NCBI RefSeq assembly: GCF_009834535.1
Contig: NC_045713.1
Location: 17,980,001-18,044,000 of the forward strand
Direction: 5' to 3'
DNA length: 64,000 nt
Origin: Camelus ferus
Taxonomy: Eukaryota
Positions 62,821-64,000 of this stretch are shown here, piece after piece (within the stretch, counting starts at the first letter, position 1; the number at the start of each line of letters is the position of its first letter). The position numbers were made by a program, and so were the translations under genes. A model generated the notes under the pieces. That model was not told the DNA's origin. It worked only from the letters and a program-made list of their open reading frames with translations, and made no database searches.

Positions 62821-62961
62821 AGGATATGTTTTTTTTAATTTGCATTTGTTTTGGGGGGTAATTATGTTTATTTATTTATTCTTAATGGAGGTACTGGGGA
62901 TTGAACCCAGGATATTGTACATGCTAGGCAGGCACTCTACCACTGCACTATACTCTTCCCC
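62821..62961 (-). mobile_element. tRNA-derived SINE (camelid-type) inserted in an L2
   Basis: GGAGGTACTGGGGATTGAACCCAGG...; TSD TCAAACTTTT at 62811-62820 and 62962-62971. Confidence 0.85.
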
Positions 62962-63169
62962 TCAAACTTTTGATTATGGATAATTTAGAACATATACAAA
63001 AGTGGAAAGAAATGTATACTGAATCCAAAAGTATCGGCGACCTAGCGTCAGGGATTAATTCATGAATAAGCTTGTTCTGTTTCTGCATGCCCCTCAATCA
63101 CCCTCAAAATTATTTGGAAGCAAATCCTTCTGGATATTTTGAACACACATGTCCTTTCTGGCAAGTCAG

Positions 63170-63700
63170 GCCGTGTTGTGGTTTCCTTGGTCTGCATGGT
63201 CAGGTCTTTCCCATCTCTCTGGCTCTCTTTCCATGCTGCCCCTAGCCCACTCTGCTCCAGCTGTGCTGGCCCTTCTGTCTCTCTAGTGCAGTAACCTTAT
63301 TCCTGCCTCAGGACCTTTGCACTTGCTTTTTCCTCAGCCTGGAGCAATCTCTCCCCAGATTTTCCCAGGCCTAGCCCTTTCTCATCATTCAGCCTCAGCT
63401 GTCACTCCTTAGGCTTCCTCTGATCACCTCTCTTTCTCTACCCCAATGCTTAGCACAATCTGAGAGTCTTTGTTTGTTGTTTGCTATCTCTTCCCACCAG
63501 TAATGCATTCCAGGAGAGCAGGAACCTTGGCCATCCTGTTCTTGGCTGTGCTTCCAGCACCTGCATACACTGCCCGTGTGTCTCTCCTGGACTAGATGGT
63601 GAGCTTGAGGACAGGGTCTGCTTTCTTATTTATTCTCGGTCCCAGGTCCCAGCCCAGGGTTGGCACAGCGTTGGTGCCTGAGACTCGTTTATCAAGCATA
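63170..63700 (+). mobile_element. L2 LINE fragment
   Basis: GGACCTTTGCACTTGCTTTTTCCTCAGCCTGGA...CCCAGGGTTGGCACAG. Confidence 0.6.
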
Positions 63701-64000
63701 TTATGGCTCCACCCACCGTGGTGAGGACTGAACTGAAGCCTTCTTGTGACATCTCATGCTGGAAGGAGCTACTTGTCCTCGACTGGGTTCCAGCAGGGAA
63801 ACAGGTCACTCAGGCTCCTGGAGATCTTGAGACCATGAGGACTCAGAGCAAAGAGAGGAGAGGTGGTCTGGAGCTTAGGTTCTGGGGAACAGTGTTGGAT
63901 GAGCTCTGAGTAGGGATGGATCCTCAGGCCTATGGGGGACAACCAAGTCAGGACCCTTTCTATTCCAAGACCTAACCTCACTGCCCACTTACCCTCAACT

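Overview
Mammalian genomic DNA, most likely a camelid (inferred from a recurring tRNA-derived SINE family). It is syntenic with human 16p11.2, read in reverse orientation. Gene order: RUSF1/C16orf58 (+, 5'-truncated), SLC5A2/SGLT2 (-, 14 exons, 673 aa, intact), TGFB1I1/Hic-5 (-, 11 exons, 456 aa, intact), ARMC5 (-, 6 exons, about 950 aa), a single-exon 13-finger C2H2 zinc-finger gene broken by two frameshifts (+), COX6A2 (+, 97 aa, intact), and the 3' 20 exons of ITGAD/CD11d (-). I traced exon boundaries by hand against remembered human orthologues, so all cross-species comparisons are recollection and need alignment. Highlights: (1) ITGAD carries several independent lesions (frame-breaking exons, a mutated acceptor, GFFKR changed to GFFIR, an early stop) and looks like a lineage-specific pseudogene; (2) the zinc-finger gene head-to-head with ARMC5 is also disrupted; (3) an orphan CpG-island promoter at about 43 kb; (4) an unidentified decayed coding relic with a poly(A) tail at 44.3-46.3 kb; (5) Hic-5 lacks the Y38 phosphosite; (6) RUSF1 and SLC5A2 probably overlap tail-to-tail. 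There is one 199-nt assembly gap. I found no CRISPR arrays, rRNA or true tRNA genes, and no convincing wholly new multi-gene system.
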